Assembly: GCA_012518595.1 (NCBI GenBank)
Contig: JAAYRV010000004.1
Span: 52,304 to 116,303 of the forward strand
DNA length: 64,000 bases
Direction of reading: 5' to 3'
Origin: Bacillota bacterium
Lineage (GTDB): Bacteria > Bacillota > SHA-98 > UBA4971
Shown: in pieces, positions 37,470-46,301 of the stretch
Layout: each line of letters opens with the position of its first letter
How positions within the stretch are numbered: position 1 is the stretch's first letter
Notes under the pieces: generated by a model
Databases searched by the model: none
The model's input: only the letters and a program-made list of their open reading frames with translations
What the model was told of the DNA's origin: nothing
Made by a program: the position numbers and the translations under genes

Positions 37470-38144
37470 ATGACCATCTCTGTGATTATCCCCGCGTACA
37501 ACGAAACCAAGAGAATAGCCTCCACAGTAAGGGCATCGATACTGTCATCATCTGAGATATGCGAGGTGATTGTTGTTGACGACTGTTCTTCAGATGATAC
37601 AGCTCAGCAAGGACGAGCTGCCGGCGCCGTAGTGCTTTCGATGCCACGCAGAGCGGGGAAGGGCGCTGCGCTAATGCAAGGGGCTTTGAAATGCCGAGGA
37701 GATATTGTAGTATTCCTCGATGCTGACATAGGCGAGACTGCGTTGGAGATTCCCAGGCTAATTGAACCTGTGGCATTTGACAAAGCTGACATGACCATCG
37801 CACGCTTTCCACAGCTTCCTCACATAAAAAAACAAGGCTTTGGCCTTGTAAAATGGGCAGCCTACCGAGGTGTAAAGCAGCTCTGTAAGCGCGAGCTAAG
37901 TGCAATTCTCTCAGGGCAGCGGGCTGCAAGGCGCTACACCTTCCTCAGGCTTATGCCTTTCGCGTCCGGTTTCGGAGTAGAAGTCGGTCTTACTATTGAT
38001 GCATTGCGCCTGGGTTTACGGATTCTCGAGGTGGACTGCAAAATGACGCACAGAGTCACAGGATGGAATTTAGCAGGATTTTCCCATAGGACACGTCAGT
38101 TCTACTGGGTTGCCAGGGCTATCGCTGAAAGATGTGTCAATTAA
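37470..38144 (+). CDS. Family 2 glycosyltransferase (polyprenol-phosphate sugar transferase-like)
   Basis: 'ISVIIPAYNE', 'VVDDCSSDDT', and the DxD motif 'FLDADI'. Confidence 0.75.
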   Translation: MTISVIIPAYNETKRIASTVRASILSSSEICEVIVVDDCSSDDTAQQGRAAGAVVLSMPRRAGKGAALMQGALKCRGDIVVFLDADIGETALEIPRLIEPVAFDKADMTIARFPQLPHIKKQGFGLVKWAAYRGVKQLCKRELSAILSGQRAARRYTFLRLMPFASGFGVEVGLTIDALRLGLRILEVDCKMTHRVTGWNLAGFSHRTRQFYWVARAIAERCVN

Positions 38145-38228
38145 GTAGGAGAGATTCACACGGATTTAGTAACATGCGGCATTCTCGCATTTCTGATTGC
38201 AGGATTTATCCGAAGGCCCGGCCGGAAA

Positions 38229-38999
38229 TTGCTGGTTCTTTCCGGACTGGTTCGATACAACTATGCAGGCAGGCAAATCCCGACTTCAACAGGGACAATC
38301 TTTGTCGTTTCCGCTTGTTTCGCTGTCCGGACTACCATGATCCTTTGCGGGCTTACTGACGAAAGAACACAACCGGTCCTCCCATACCTGTTACTGGCAG
38401 TTGGGTCATCACTTGCAGGTCTCATCGACGATATATACGGCTCGCATGTGGAAAGAGGCTTAGCCGGTCATCTAAAAGCCTTCATAGAACAGGGAAAGGT
38501 CACAACAGGGCTGTTTAAGGCTGTACTCATATGGTTTCTTGCTGCAGTCTCTGTCTCTGCTTCAGCAGATACGAAGCCTCTATCGGCTCTCGTCTCCGAT
38601 GCCACCTTAATAAGCCTTTCTGCAAACTTCATGAATCTCCTGGACTTACGTCCTGCACGGTCAGGAAAGGCTTTTCTTATAAGCTTCATGTTGCTCCTTG
38701 TAGGTGACTGTCGCTCATTTTCCCCATTGGTTCCTGCAGGGTTCGTCGGCGCTGTCCTGGCAGGGATTGGTGATGAGTTAAACGAGAAAAGTATGATGGG
38801 TGACGCAGGCGCAAATCCATTGGGAGCAGTACTCGGTTATTGGGTTGTGTTGCGCTCATCTCCCATTGTAAAGACGTCTGTGCTTCTACTGCTCATAGGT
38901 GTTCATATTTACTCAGAACGGCGCTCTCTTTCAATAACCATTGACGCAAACCCAGTCCTCCGTTTCATCGACCTCTTGGGACGCAGCCGAAAGTCATAA
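38229..38999 (+). CDS. MraY/WecA-like polyprenyl-phosphate sugar-phosphotransferase (GT4 family). The N-terminus is probably incomplete as given.
   Basis: 'GLIDDIYG' (DDxxG), 'NFMNLLDL' and 'MMGDAGANPLG' resemble MraY/WecA motifs. The frame is open from 38145 with TM-like 'CGILAFLIAGFI', but there is no ATG, GTG or TTG before 38229. Confidence 0.55.
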   Translation: MLVLSGLVRYNYAGRQIPTSTGTIFVVSACFAVRTTMILCGLTDERTQPVLPYLLLAVGSSLAGLIDDIYGSHVERGLAGHLKAFIEQGKVTTGLFKAVLIWFLAAVSVSASADTKPLSALVSDATLISLSANFMNLLDLRPARSGKAFLISFMLLLVGDCRSFSPLVPAGFVGAVLAGIGDELNEKSMMGDAGANPLGAVLGYWVVLRSSPIVKTSVLLLLIGVHIYSERRSLSITIDANPVLRFIDLLGRSRKS

Positions 39000-39064
39000 T
39001 ACGCAGGGATACATGGAGGAAACTCATGTCTCACAGCGAATACCTGGACAGGAGGTAACTTATT

Positions 39065-39928
39065 ATGAGATTCGGAGTGCACGTGAGCAAGGCAGGCGGC
39101 CTTAAGAGAGCGTTACAAGATGCTATCGACCTCGGGTGTGACACTATTCAAATGTTTGCCGGAAGCCCGAGAAGTCTTAGGCAGAGCGCCATCGATGAAG
39201 ATGAGGCTTATGCTTTTTTGCAAGGCCTTACCAAAGAAGACATACAACCACTTGTTATTCACGCCCCGTACCTTCTTAACCTTGCTTCGCCCAAGGATGA
39301 AACATATGAAGTATCGGTTCGGGCTCTTGCCCATGAAATTACCAGGTGCCAATCTCTTGGCGCGGACTATCTGGTGTTTCATCCCGGCAATCACCTGGGC
39401 TCAGGGATGGAAGCAGGGATTAAGAGAATTGCCGCCGCGATTAAGAAGGCATGCGACATGACGGAATTAACCCGCGACAATGGATTGACCCTCCTTCTTG
39501 AGATGGTTTCAGGCGCCGGAACTGAAGTCGGGTGGATGTTTGAGCATCAAAGAGACATAATGGGTATGGCGGAAGGCGCACCTCTTGGAATCTGTCTGGA
39601 CACATGTCACATGTTCGCAGCGGGCCATGATATAGCAACTCGAGAAGGACTTAGCGAAACCCTGGAGAAGGTCGACGAGATTCTGGGAATATCCTATGTA
39701 TCAGTTGCTCATTGCAATGATTCCGTGGGTGTTCTGGGATCCCGTCTTGATCGTCACGCGGATATCGGATCCGGCATGATAGGAGAAGAAGGATTCCGCG
39801 TTATCCTGGGAAACTCCAAGATTCGCGCGTTGCCCCTCATTCTGGAAACACCCAAGATCCGCATGGAAGATGACAAGCGGAACTTGGCTGCCATCAGGCG
39901 TCTGGCCAAAGAGGCGGTGATATGGTAA
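39065..39928 (+). CDS. nfo: Endonuclease IV (AP endonuclease Nfo)
   Basis: TIM-barrel AP-endonuclease-2 motifs 'HAPYLLNLAS', 'LVFHPG' and 'ICLDTCHMFAAGHD'. Confidence 0.88.
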   Translation: MRFGVHVSKAGGLKRALQDAIDLGCDTIQMFAGSPRSLRQSAIDEDEAYAFLQGLTKEDIQPLVIHAPYLLNLASPKDETYEVSVRALAHEITRCQSLGADYLVFHPGNHLGSGMEAGIKRIAAAIKKACDMTELTRDNGLTLLLEMVSGAGTEVGWMFEHQRDIMGMAEGAPLGICLDTCHMFAAGHDIATREGLSETLEKVDEILGISYVSVAHCNDSVGVLGSRLDRHADIGSGMIGEEGFRVILGNSKIRALPLILETPKIRMEDDKRNLAAIRRLAKEAVIW

Positions 39929-42103
39929 TTGACGGAGTTTAGAGAGGGTCAAATCCGAGATAAAATCCATGAAGTATTTGGGCCTTGCGGTCTTTTGTCA
40001 GAGGCACTGCCAGGATATGAGTTTCGCGAATCCCAACAGGAAATGGCTTTTGGGGTATTACGCAGTTTCCTAACATCCCGCCACGCCTTTATGGAAAGCG
40101 GCACAGGCACCGGTAAGTCCATTGCTTACCTTGTTCCTGCTATCCTATGGTCTTCTACCACCGGTAATAAGGTGGTCATATCCACGAATACCATCAACCT
40201 TCAAGAGCAGCTTATTCACAAAGATCTTCCTTCTCTTGTTGAATGTCTGGGAGTGGAATTTAAGTATTGCCTGGTCAAAGGGAGACCTAACTACGTCTGT
40301 CTTAGAAAGCTTGCCGTTGTTTCAAATGAGATGGAAGATGAGACTGATGACGCTTTCAGGTTGGCTTTTGCAGAGTTCATCAGTGAATTGGCTCATGTCC
40401 CAACAGGCACCAGGTCTGATTTTCATCTGGAAACGCCTGATGAGATCTGGGACCGCATCGCATCAGATTCCATGTCTTGTCTCAGGAGTCGATGTCCATG
40501 GAGTAAGAGGTGTTACTTTCTGAAAGCGCGCTCACAGATGGAGGATTCCGGTATTCTAGTTACAAACCACCATCTTCTGTTTTCTGACATCGCCCTACGA
40601 GCCGTAATGCCTGATAATTCCGGAAGTCGAGTCCTTCCGGAATATGAGTATCTCATCGTGGATGAGGCTCATAATATCCCTCCCGTAGCTGAAGAACATT
40701 TGGGATATAAGGCAGGCCTGGTAAATATACAAAGTGCCTGTAACGAGCTGGTTCATGTTGAGGGTTCCCGTCGCGGAAGAGGGGGTTTGCTGTTTAGTCT
40801 AAGAGCTATGATTTTTACTGCCACAGCTGAAGCCAGAGACAGTCTTATACAGAATATTGTGTCTTACATCGACTCTTCAATAGAGGCTACTCGGAGAAGC
40901 TATGAGGCGTCCACTTCGTTTTTTCAATCATTTGGCTGGTTTCTGAAGCACGTTTCAGCGCAATACAAGCGAGGCAGCAATGCAGTCAGGCTGAAGAAAG
41001 ATATCACGGAATCAATTGAATGGCAGGACGTAGTCATCCCAAGCGCAGAGAAGGCCATTATCAGAGGCCAAGAGTTGCTCTGGAATCTGAATCAGATCCT
41101 AGAACGCCTTGATATGCTTAAAGAGGATTCCGATATTGGTCTTAAGTCTTTAGAAGGGGACATTCAAGGCGTGGTAGGCAGACTGTCTTCAGAGATTACT
41201 GCTCTTAGCTTCGTTGTGTCCATGGAAGACAAGGAATTCGTCTACTGGAGCACAGGCTATCCTACTGATATTCAACTTATTGCAACACCGCTTAATGTAG
41301 CATCCGCCTTGCGTGAGCACTTATTTGACACGGTGGAATCAGTTGTCCTCACCTCGGCGACAATGACTGTAGGAGGGGATTTTCAATTCTTCAAACACCT
41401 GGTAGGGCTCGATGAGCAACTTGATCCTCCTCTAGAGTTCATCTTCGACTCGCCTTTTGACTTCCCGAACCAGGCCTTGCTCATAGTTCCTGAAGACTTG
41501 CCTGACCCACGGGATCCGTTATTTACAGTCGAAGCCGCAAGGCTAATCTCGGAAATTATTCAAGCGACACAAGGACGCGCATTTGTGCTCTTTACATCCT
41601 ATGCCATGCTTGACAAGGTTGAAGAGGTGATTCGACCGTCTTTGGAAGGCTTGGGAATTAAAGTGTTCAGACAAGGCTCAATGCCCCGCCACCGTATGCT
41701 CACGTGTTTTCGGGAGGAACCAGGGGCGCTCCTTGGAGCTGATAGTTTCTGGCAAGGAGTGGATGTCCCCGGTGATGCGCTTTCATGCGTAATCCTGGCG
41801 AGACTTCCTTTTCAAGTCCCTACTAACCCTGTTTATGAGGCAAGAATGGAGGCTTTTAAAACACAAGCTATCGATGGCTTTCGGTTTTATGCCCTCCCTT
41901 CAGCGGTAATCAGGTTCAGACAAGGCTTTGGACGCCTAATAAGAAGCAGTGAAGATCGAGGCGTTGTCGTAGTCCTTGACAATCGCTTAGTCCGGAAGTG
42001 GTACGGACGGGCTTTCTTATCATCCCTTCCCAGTGTGACTCTGGCTGTGGAAAGCAGCAACCAGGCAGTGGACTCAATTCGCAAATGGCTGGGCAACCAA
42101 TAA
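39929..42103 (+). CDS. DinG/Rad3-like ATP-dependent DNA helicase (DEAD_2 family), apparently without Fe-S Cys ligands
   Basis: Walker A 'ESGTGTGKS', DEAH 'IVDEAHNI', and a helicase C-terminal domain. Confidence 0.75.
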   Translation: MTEFREGQIRDKIHEVFGPCGLLSEALPGYEFRESQQEMAFGVLRSFLTSRHAFMESGTGTGKSIAYLVPAILWSSTTGNKVVISTNTINLQEQLIHKDLPSLVECLGVEFKYCLVKGRPNYVCLRKLAVVSNEMEDETDDAFRLAFAEFISELAHVPTGTRSDFHLETPDEIWDRIASDSMSCLRSRCPWSKRCYFLKARSQMEDSGILVTNHHLLFSDIALRAVMPDNSGSRVLPEYEYLIVDEAHNIPPVAEEHLGYKAGLVNIQSACNELVHVEGSRRGRGGLLFSLRAMIFTATAEARDSLIQNIVSYIDSSIEATRRSYEASTSFFQSFGWFLKHVSAQYKRGSNAVRLKKDITESIEWQDVVIPSAEKAIIRGQELLWNLNQILERLDMLKEDSDIGLKSLEGDIQGVVGRLSSEITALSFVVSMEDKEFVYWSTGYPTDIQLIATPLNVASALREHLFDTVESVVLTSATMTVGGDFQFFKHLVGLDEQLDPPLEFIFDSPFDFPNQALLIVPEDLPDPRDPLFTVEAARLISEIIQATQGRAFVLFTSYAMLDKVEEVIRPSLEGLGIKVFRQGSMPRHRMLTCFREEPGALLGADSFWQGVDVPGDALSCVILARLPFQVPTNPVYEARMEAFKTQAIDGFRFYALPSAVIRFRQGFGRLIRSSEDRGVVVVLDNRLVRKWYGRAFLSSLPSVTLAVESSNQAVDSIRKWLGNQ

Positions 42104-42134
42104 TGGTTATTCCTCTTTTAGCAGCTTATTCCGG

Positions 42135-42163
42135 TTGTCCTCCTAGGATCAGCATGCTATAAT
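42135..42163 (+). promoter_or_regulatory. Sigma-A-like promoter upstream of the SleB-like gene
   Basis: TTGTCC (42135-42140), a 17-nt spacer, then TATAAT (42158-42163). Confidence 0.35.
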
Positions 42164-42223
42164 CCGCTCATGAGTTCGCCTTTTTGAGGACATGCGTATC
42201 TTTCTCATAAAGGGGGCGAAGCC

Positions 42224-42682
42224 ATGAGAAACCGGAAAGCTTGTTTACTTCTAATCAGTTGTATCCTAGCCGTGCTTATGGTGTTATGTGTAGGCCTTTC
42301 AGGTACACAGAAGGACACAGCAAGCGCAGGGCAATCTGACTACGAACTACTTGCTCGGGTAATATCAGGTGAAGCTAGAGGCGAACCGTACATGGGTAAA
42401 GTCGCAGTCGGCGCTGTTGTCATGAATAGAGTGATAAGTCCTCAGTTTCCTTCGACTATCTCCGGCGTCATCTTTCAGGATTGGGCATTCACGTCAGTCT
42501 ACGATGGTCAAATAAACTATACGCCGGACCCTGATTCCTATAGAGCTGCCGGAGAGGCAATGTCAGGTCAGGACCCCACCTATGGCGCACTGTACTTCTA
42601 TAATCCCGCTCGCGTCACATCCTACTGGATTTTCACAAGGCCGGTCACGACTGTCATCGGAAGCCACTATTTTGCAAGGTAG
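42224..42682 (+). CDS. SleB/CwlJ-type cell-wall hydrolase (Hydrolase_2 domain), secreted
   Basis: Signal peptide and 'LLARVISGEARGEPYMGKVAVGAVVMNRV' (Hydrolase_2 signature). Confidence 0.7.
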   Translation: MRNRKACLLLISCILAVLMVLCVGLSGTQKDTASAGQSDYELLARVISGEARGEPYMGKVAVGAVVMNRVISPQFPSTISGVIFQDWAFTSVYDGQINYTPDPDSYRAAGEAMSGQDPTYGALYFYNPARVTSYWIFTRPVTTVIGSHYFAR

Positions 42683-42710
42683 CCAGGCACGCCCTGCCTG
42701 GCTACTTTAG
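42681..42710 (+). terminator. Probable intrinsic terminator
   Basis: Hairpin 'agccaggca-cgccc-tgcctggct' (42681-42703) followed by 'actttagtt'. Confidence 0.4.
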
Positions 42711-42759
42711 TTATCACATCTGCATGCCATCAGAGGATTCTGCATAAGTATTATGGGAA

Positions 42760-43608
42760 ATGCTCTCTTCGAGGAGGACTCCTCGGATGTTGATCGTTAT
42801 CGGACGGAACCGGAAGAGACTGGTTCTCATTCTTATAGCACTACTTGTTGTCATTGACACTTCCCAAATAGCATTATTAACAGCAGCGAAAGCAGTTATT
42901 GCCACTGTATCAGGGAGGCTTGTGCCTGTGTATTCCGTGTTTACACAAGACCGCAAGGTGAGCTTGACCTTTGAAAGCGAATCCGGGAAAGACATGACGC
43001 CGGAAATCCTGAAAGTCTTAAATGCGCACAATATTACCGCAAACTTCTTTCTGTCCGGAGAATGGATGGAGAAACATGGGGATTCTGTAAACGGCATTAT
43101 TGAAAGTGGCCATGAACTCGGCAACTACACCTACTCCGTTCCCCATCCCAACACCCTTCCTAAAGCTGAACTCAAACGGGAACTGGAGAAGGCTCATAAG
43201 TTGGTTGAGAAGGTGTCCGGTCAAGTGCCTAAGGTCTTTAGGCCGCCTTACGGTGAGTACAGTAACAAAGTCATAGAGGTCTCCAGAGAACTGGGTTACG
43301 AGACGGTGATATGGAGCATAGATTCACTGGACTGGCGCGGAACATCCCAGGATGACATGGAAAAGAGGATCCTCCGAAAGCTCCATAATGGTGCCATCAT
43401 CAGGTTTCATGTAACAGGACGCAACACGCCCGCGGCACTTTCGCAAATTATTCAGAATATCAAAGAAAACGGGTACGAAATAGTCCCCTTAAGTCAACTC
43501 TTACTCGAAGGCGATTACTACATACATCCTCATACAGGTGAAATGCGACCCATACAAATGCCTTCATCAGGCCAAGGCAAAAGGAGGGGTCTTTTAGATG
43601 AGACGTAA
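42760..43608 (+). CDS. Polysaccharide deacetylase, PdaB-like sporulation type (NodB domain)
   Basis: N-terminal TM helix, then a NodB-homology domain with 'HELGNYTYSVPHP' and a 'RPPYGEYS'-type motif. Confidence 0.7.
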   Translation: MLSSRRTPRMLIVIGRNRKRLVLILIALLVVIDTSQIALLTAAKAVIATVSGRLVPVYSVFTQDRKVSLTFESESGKDMTPEILKVLNAHNITANFFLSGEWMEKHGDSVNGIIESGHELGNYTYSVPHPNTLPKAELKRELEKAHKLVEKVSGQVPKVFRPPYGEYSNKVIEVSRELGYETVIWSIDSLDWRGTSQDDMEKRILRKLHNGAIIRFHVTGRNTPAALSQIIQNIKENGYEIVPLSQLLLEGDYYIHPHTGEMRPIQMPSSGQGKRRGLLDET

Positions 43609-44620
43609 AGACAAACTGGCTCCCAAACGTGCAGGACGTCTCACTGCAATTGTGATTACAAGAGACATGGCGCTCTTTATGGCGTTTGCCGTTTTAATCT
43701 TCGTATTTACGGTGACTCTTGTCTCGTCTCTTGATGATATCAGGCGGATGGTTTACGGCGTAAGGCCCGGAGTCACGTTGGAGACGCGGATAATTTCAGG
43801 ATATCTGCCAAAGGAGGTGAGACTGGTTGTGGAAGCCATGGCGGATCAAGAACGAACAGCCCCGAAAGACGCCATGCTTTACAAAGAGACAGGCGAGCTA
43901 ATACCGGAATCGCCGGGGCTCGATATTGACGTGGATTTGACTGTAGACCGCGCCATGAAAGCAAAGCCGGGAGGAAACGTAGAGTTAGTGCGAACTGTAA
44001 TCGCTCCGGCAATAACTAAGCGCCATTTTGATCCTCTATACCGTGTTAACACAGGAAGGCAAGCTATGGCAATCGCGGTTAACGTGGCCTGGGGCGAGGA
44101 TTGTCTTCCCAGGCTGCTTGATGCCCTCAGGGAACATAACATGAAAGTGACGTTTTTTATTGAGGGAGAATGGGCTGAGAAATTTCCTGACATGGTAATG
44201 CTTCTTAGCAAAGAAGGACACGAGCTGGCAAACCACGGATTTCAACATGTTCATGTGGAAAAAATGAGTGAACCCATGATTAGGCAACTTATTTCAGACA
44301 ACGAGAAACTCCTCATCAGCCTGGGAGTCAGGCCAAGCAGACTGTTTGCTCCGCCGTATGGCGAATGCAATCAGACAGTGGTTTCGGCGGCAGCGTCGCT
44401 GGGATATACGACAACGATGTGGACCATTGACACACTTGATTGGAAACTGGAAGATTCCGAGAAAGTCCTGGACAGAGTCGTGCCGAAAATCACGCCGGGC
44501 GCCATCATTTTAGCTCATCCAACTGAAGTTTTCCTCGAAGCTCTTCCAAAGATAGTGGACGCTTCAAGAAAGGCCGGCTATGGGTTCTTCACCATATCAG
44601 ACTTACTCGAATCCGAATAG
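43598..44620 (+). CDS. Polysaccharide deacetylase-family sporulation protein (YlxY-like, with an N-terminal extension)
   Basis: TM helix, an extra domain of about 120 aa, then NodB motifs 'HELANHGFQH' and 'FAPPYGE'. Its stop overlaps nothing, but its start overlaps the previous gene by 11 nt. Confidence 0.65.
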   Translation: MRRKDKLAPKRAGRLTAIVITRDMALFMAFAVLIFVFTVTLVSSLDDIRRMVYGVRPGVTLETRIISGYLPKEVRLVVEAMADQERTAPKDAMLYKETGELIPESPGLDIDVDLTVDRAMKAKPGGNVELVRTVIAPAITKRHFDPLYRVNTGRQAMAIAVNVAWGEDCLPRLLDALREHNMKVTFFIEGEWAEKFPDMVMLLSKEGHELANHGFQHVHVEKMSEPMIRQLISDNEKLLISLGVRPSRLFAPPYGECNQTVVSAAASLGYTTTMWTIDTLDWKLEDSEKVLDRVVPKITPGAIILAHPTEVFLEALPKIVDASRKAGYGFFTISDLLESE

Positions 44621-44625
44621 GATAG

Positions 44626-46008
44626 CTATCGCAAAGTATCAAGAATTGCTTCCCAGTATAGGCTGTCTTCATATCCCAGCTTCCAGATGGCTATACCTGC
44701 GATATCATATTTTTCCACCAACTCAAGCTTGGGCTTGAGACTGTGAGGAGATTCAAACCATACTTCGTGGGAAGCGCCATTTTCCATATACTTGAAGAAT
44801 GGGGATTTAGCCTCAGAATCCCAAGACGGGTCGATTCTCATGCGAGTCGCGCGGTTCATTGCCTGAGTATACGAAAGCGCTACCGTCCTTCCTGTAGAAA
44901 GATTCCAATCATAACCGTACGCAGGAACTCCCATTAGCACCTTGTTCCTTGGTACTTGGGTAATCGCATACTTGATTACTCTCTCCACCCACGGAAATGA
45001 AGCTACAGGTCCGGCTCCGCTGACGAGAGAGTGCTCATCATACGTCATTAGCATTATATAGTCACAGGATTTCCCCAAAGCATAGTAATCGAAGGCGCCA
45101 ACCCAGGATTGGCCTCGGTGGTCTTGAGTTTTGGCGGGCACGGACATAGTGACCAGATATCCACGGGGCTTCAGGCGGGCACGGAGCTCATTCATGAAAG
45201 CCGTAAGATTGTCGCGGTCTTTCGGATTCACGTTTTCAAGATCTATGTTAACCCCGTCGTAGCCTTGTTTCTCCAAAATCGCGAGGATATCCGAAACCGC
45301 CTTTGCCCTTGAGTTATAGCTTTGAAGCAACGCGTGTGCGCGTCTCTCATCAAATCCTCCCTGCACGAGGTTATGTACAAGAGCCAGAGTCTTGATATCT
45401 CCGGACTTTGCGACTTTCATAGCTCTTTCACTGGTGTCACCTGATACTCTTCCGTCTTTGTCCACCGGATGTAAGAAAATAGCTATACAGTCAAGAAAAT
45501 CTTTATTAGGCAGAAGAGACCCGTATGATGTTGGGTCACCATGGTAATCCTCTGTATAGTATCCGATTACTTTACGTTTTCCGGTTCTGATTTCCGGCGC
45601 TTGTTGGACGCGATTCGACGGAGACCGGCTTTTCGCTCCAGGATTCAAGCGAGACAGATCGCTGCCTTCAAGGAGGAAGTCGGCCATCCACCCGATGTGC
45701 CCATTGGAAAGCTTAACCTGATACCAATCGTCAAGTGAAGCAATAACAGTGACTTTGGCGCCGGAAGGCAATCTCTGTAAAGTCGGAAACTCCGTTCCAG
45801 GCCCCTTGCGAACCCTGGCGAGTTCCCTGACAGAGGCTTGAATGTGGTCTGTGGCAACAATAGGTTTCTTGCTGTCCATTTGCGTAGCAGCAGTCACCTC
45901 ATATGCGTCCACCGGCGAAGGAGTGACAACGTTCTCAGGTTTAGGATTATTTGCTGAAAAGACATACAGCAGAATAGTCAAGACTGTTGCGGCAATCTTT
46001 GGGTCCAA
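44626..46008 (-). CDS. Glycoside hydrolase family 18 (YaaH/YdhD-like spore peptidoglycan hydrolase) with an N-terminal SH3b domain
   Basis: Signal peptide. SH3b-like 'GAKVTVIASLDDWYQVKLSNGHIGWM'. GH18 catalytic 'DGVNIDLE' (DxxDxDxE). Confidence 0.7.
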   Translation of the reverse strand: MDPKIAATVLTILLYVFSANNPKPENVVTPSPVDAYEVTAATQMDSKKPIVATDHIQASVRELARVRKGPGTEFPTLQRLPSGAKVTVIASLDDWYQVKLSNGHIGWMADFLLEGSDLSRLNPGAKSRSPSNRVQQAPEIRTGKRKVIGYYTEDYHGDPTSYGSLLPNKDFLDCIAIFLHPVDKDGRVSGDTSERAMKVAKSGDIKTLALVHNLVQGGFDERRAHALLQSYNSRAKAVSDILAILEKQGYDGVNIDLENVNPKDRDNLTAFMNELRARLKPRGYLVTMSVPAKTQDHRGQSWVGAFDYYALGKSCDYIMLMTYDEHSLVSGAGPVASFPWVERVIKYAITQVPRNKVLMGVPAYGYDWNLSTGRTVALSYTQAMNRATRMRIDPSWDSEAKSPFFKYMENGASHEVWFESPHSLKPKLELVEKYDIAGIAIWKLGYEDSLYWEAILDTLR

Positions 46009-46301
46009 GACTTGGGCTCTCCTCCTTGCTCTACGTCCGTTGACCTAAGTATGAGTTCATTAGTTTTCGCTCGTTTTCCGAGGTCTTGGGTGGTCCCGCA
46101 CGGTACGTACACTTTCCGGAACCGGCGATTACTTATGGTGATCTGCTTAGGACGCATATGGGATGCTACTTGCCAATTCTGCCTAAGACGACAAGTTCCT
46201 CTATGCAATTTCAGGGTATATAGGTTCAATGTGGTTTAAAAATCGGCGATAATAGATAGTTAGAAAAAAGAGGATTCAGACTCAGATGGGCGAATTTATA
46301 T

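Noticed and set aside
38132-38359. 75-aa ORF (MCQLSRRDSHGFSNMRHSR...) in the +1 frame across the GT2/GT4 junction
   Set aside because: Arg/Cys-rich low-complexity product overlapping the clearly coding MraY-like frame. It is relevant only because its ATG 38173 might be the true GT4 start if a 1-nt indel exists.
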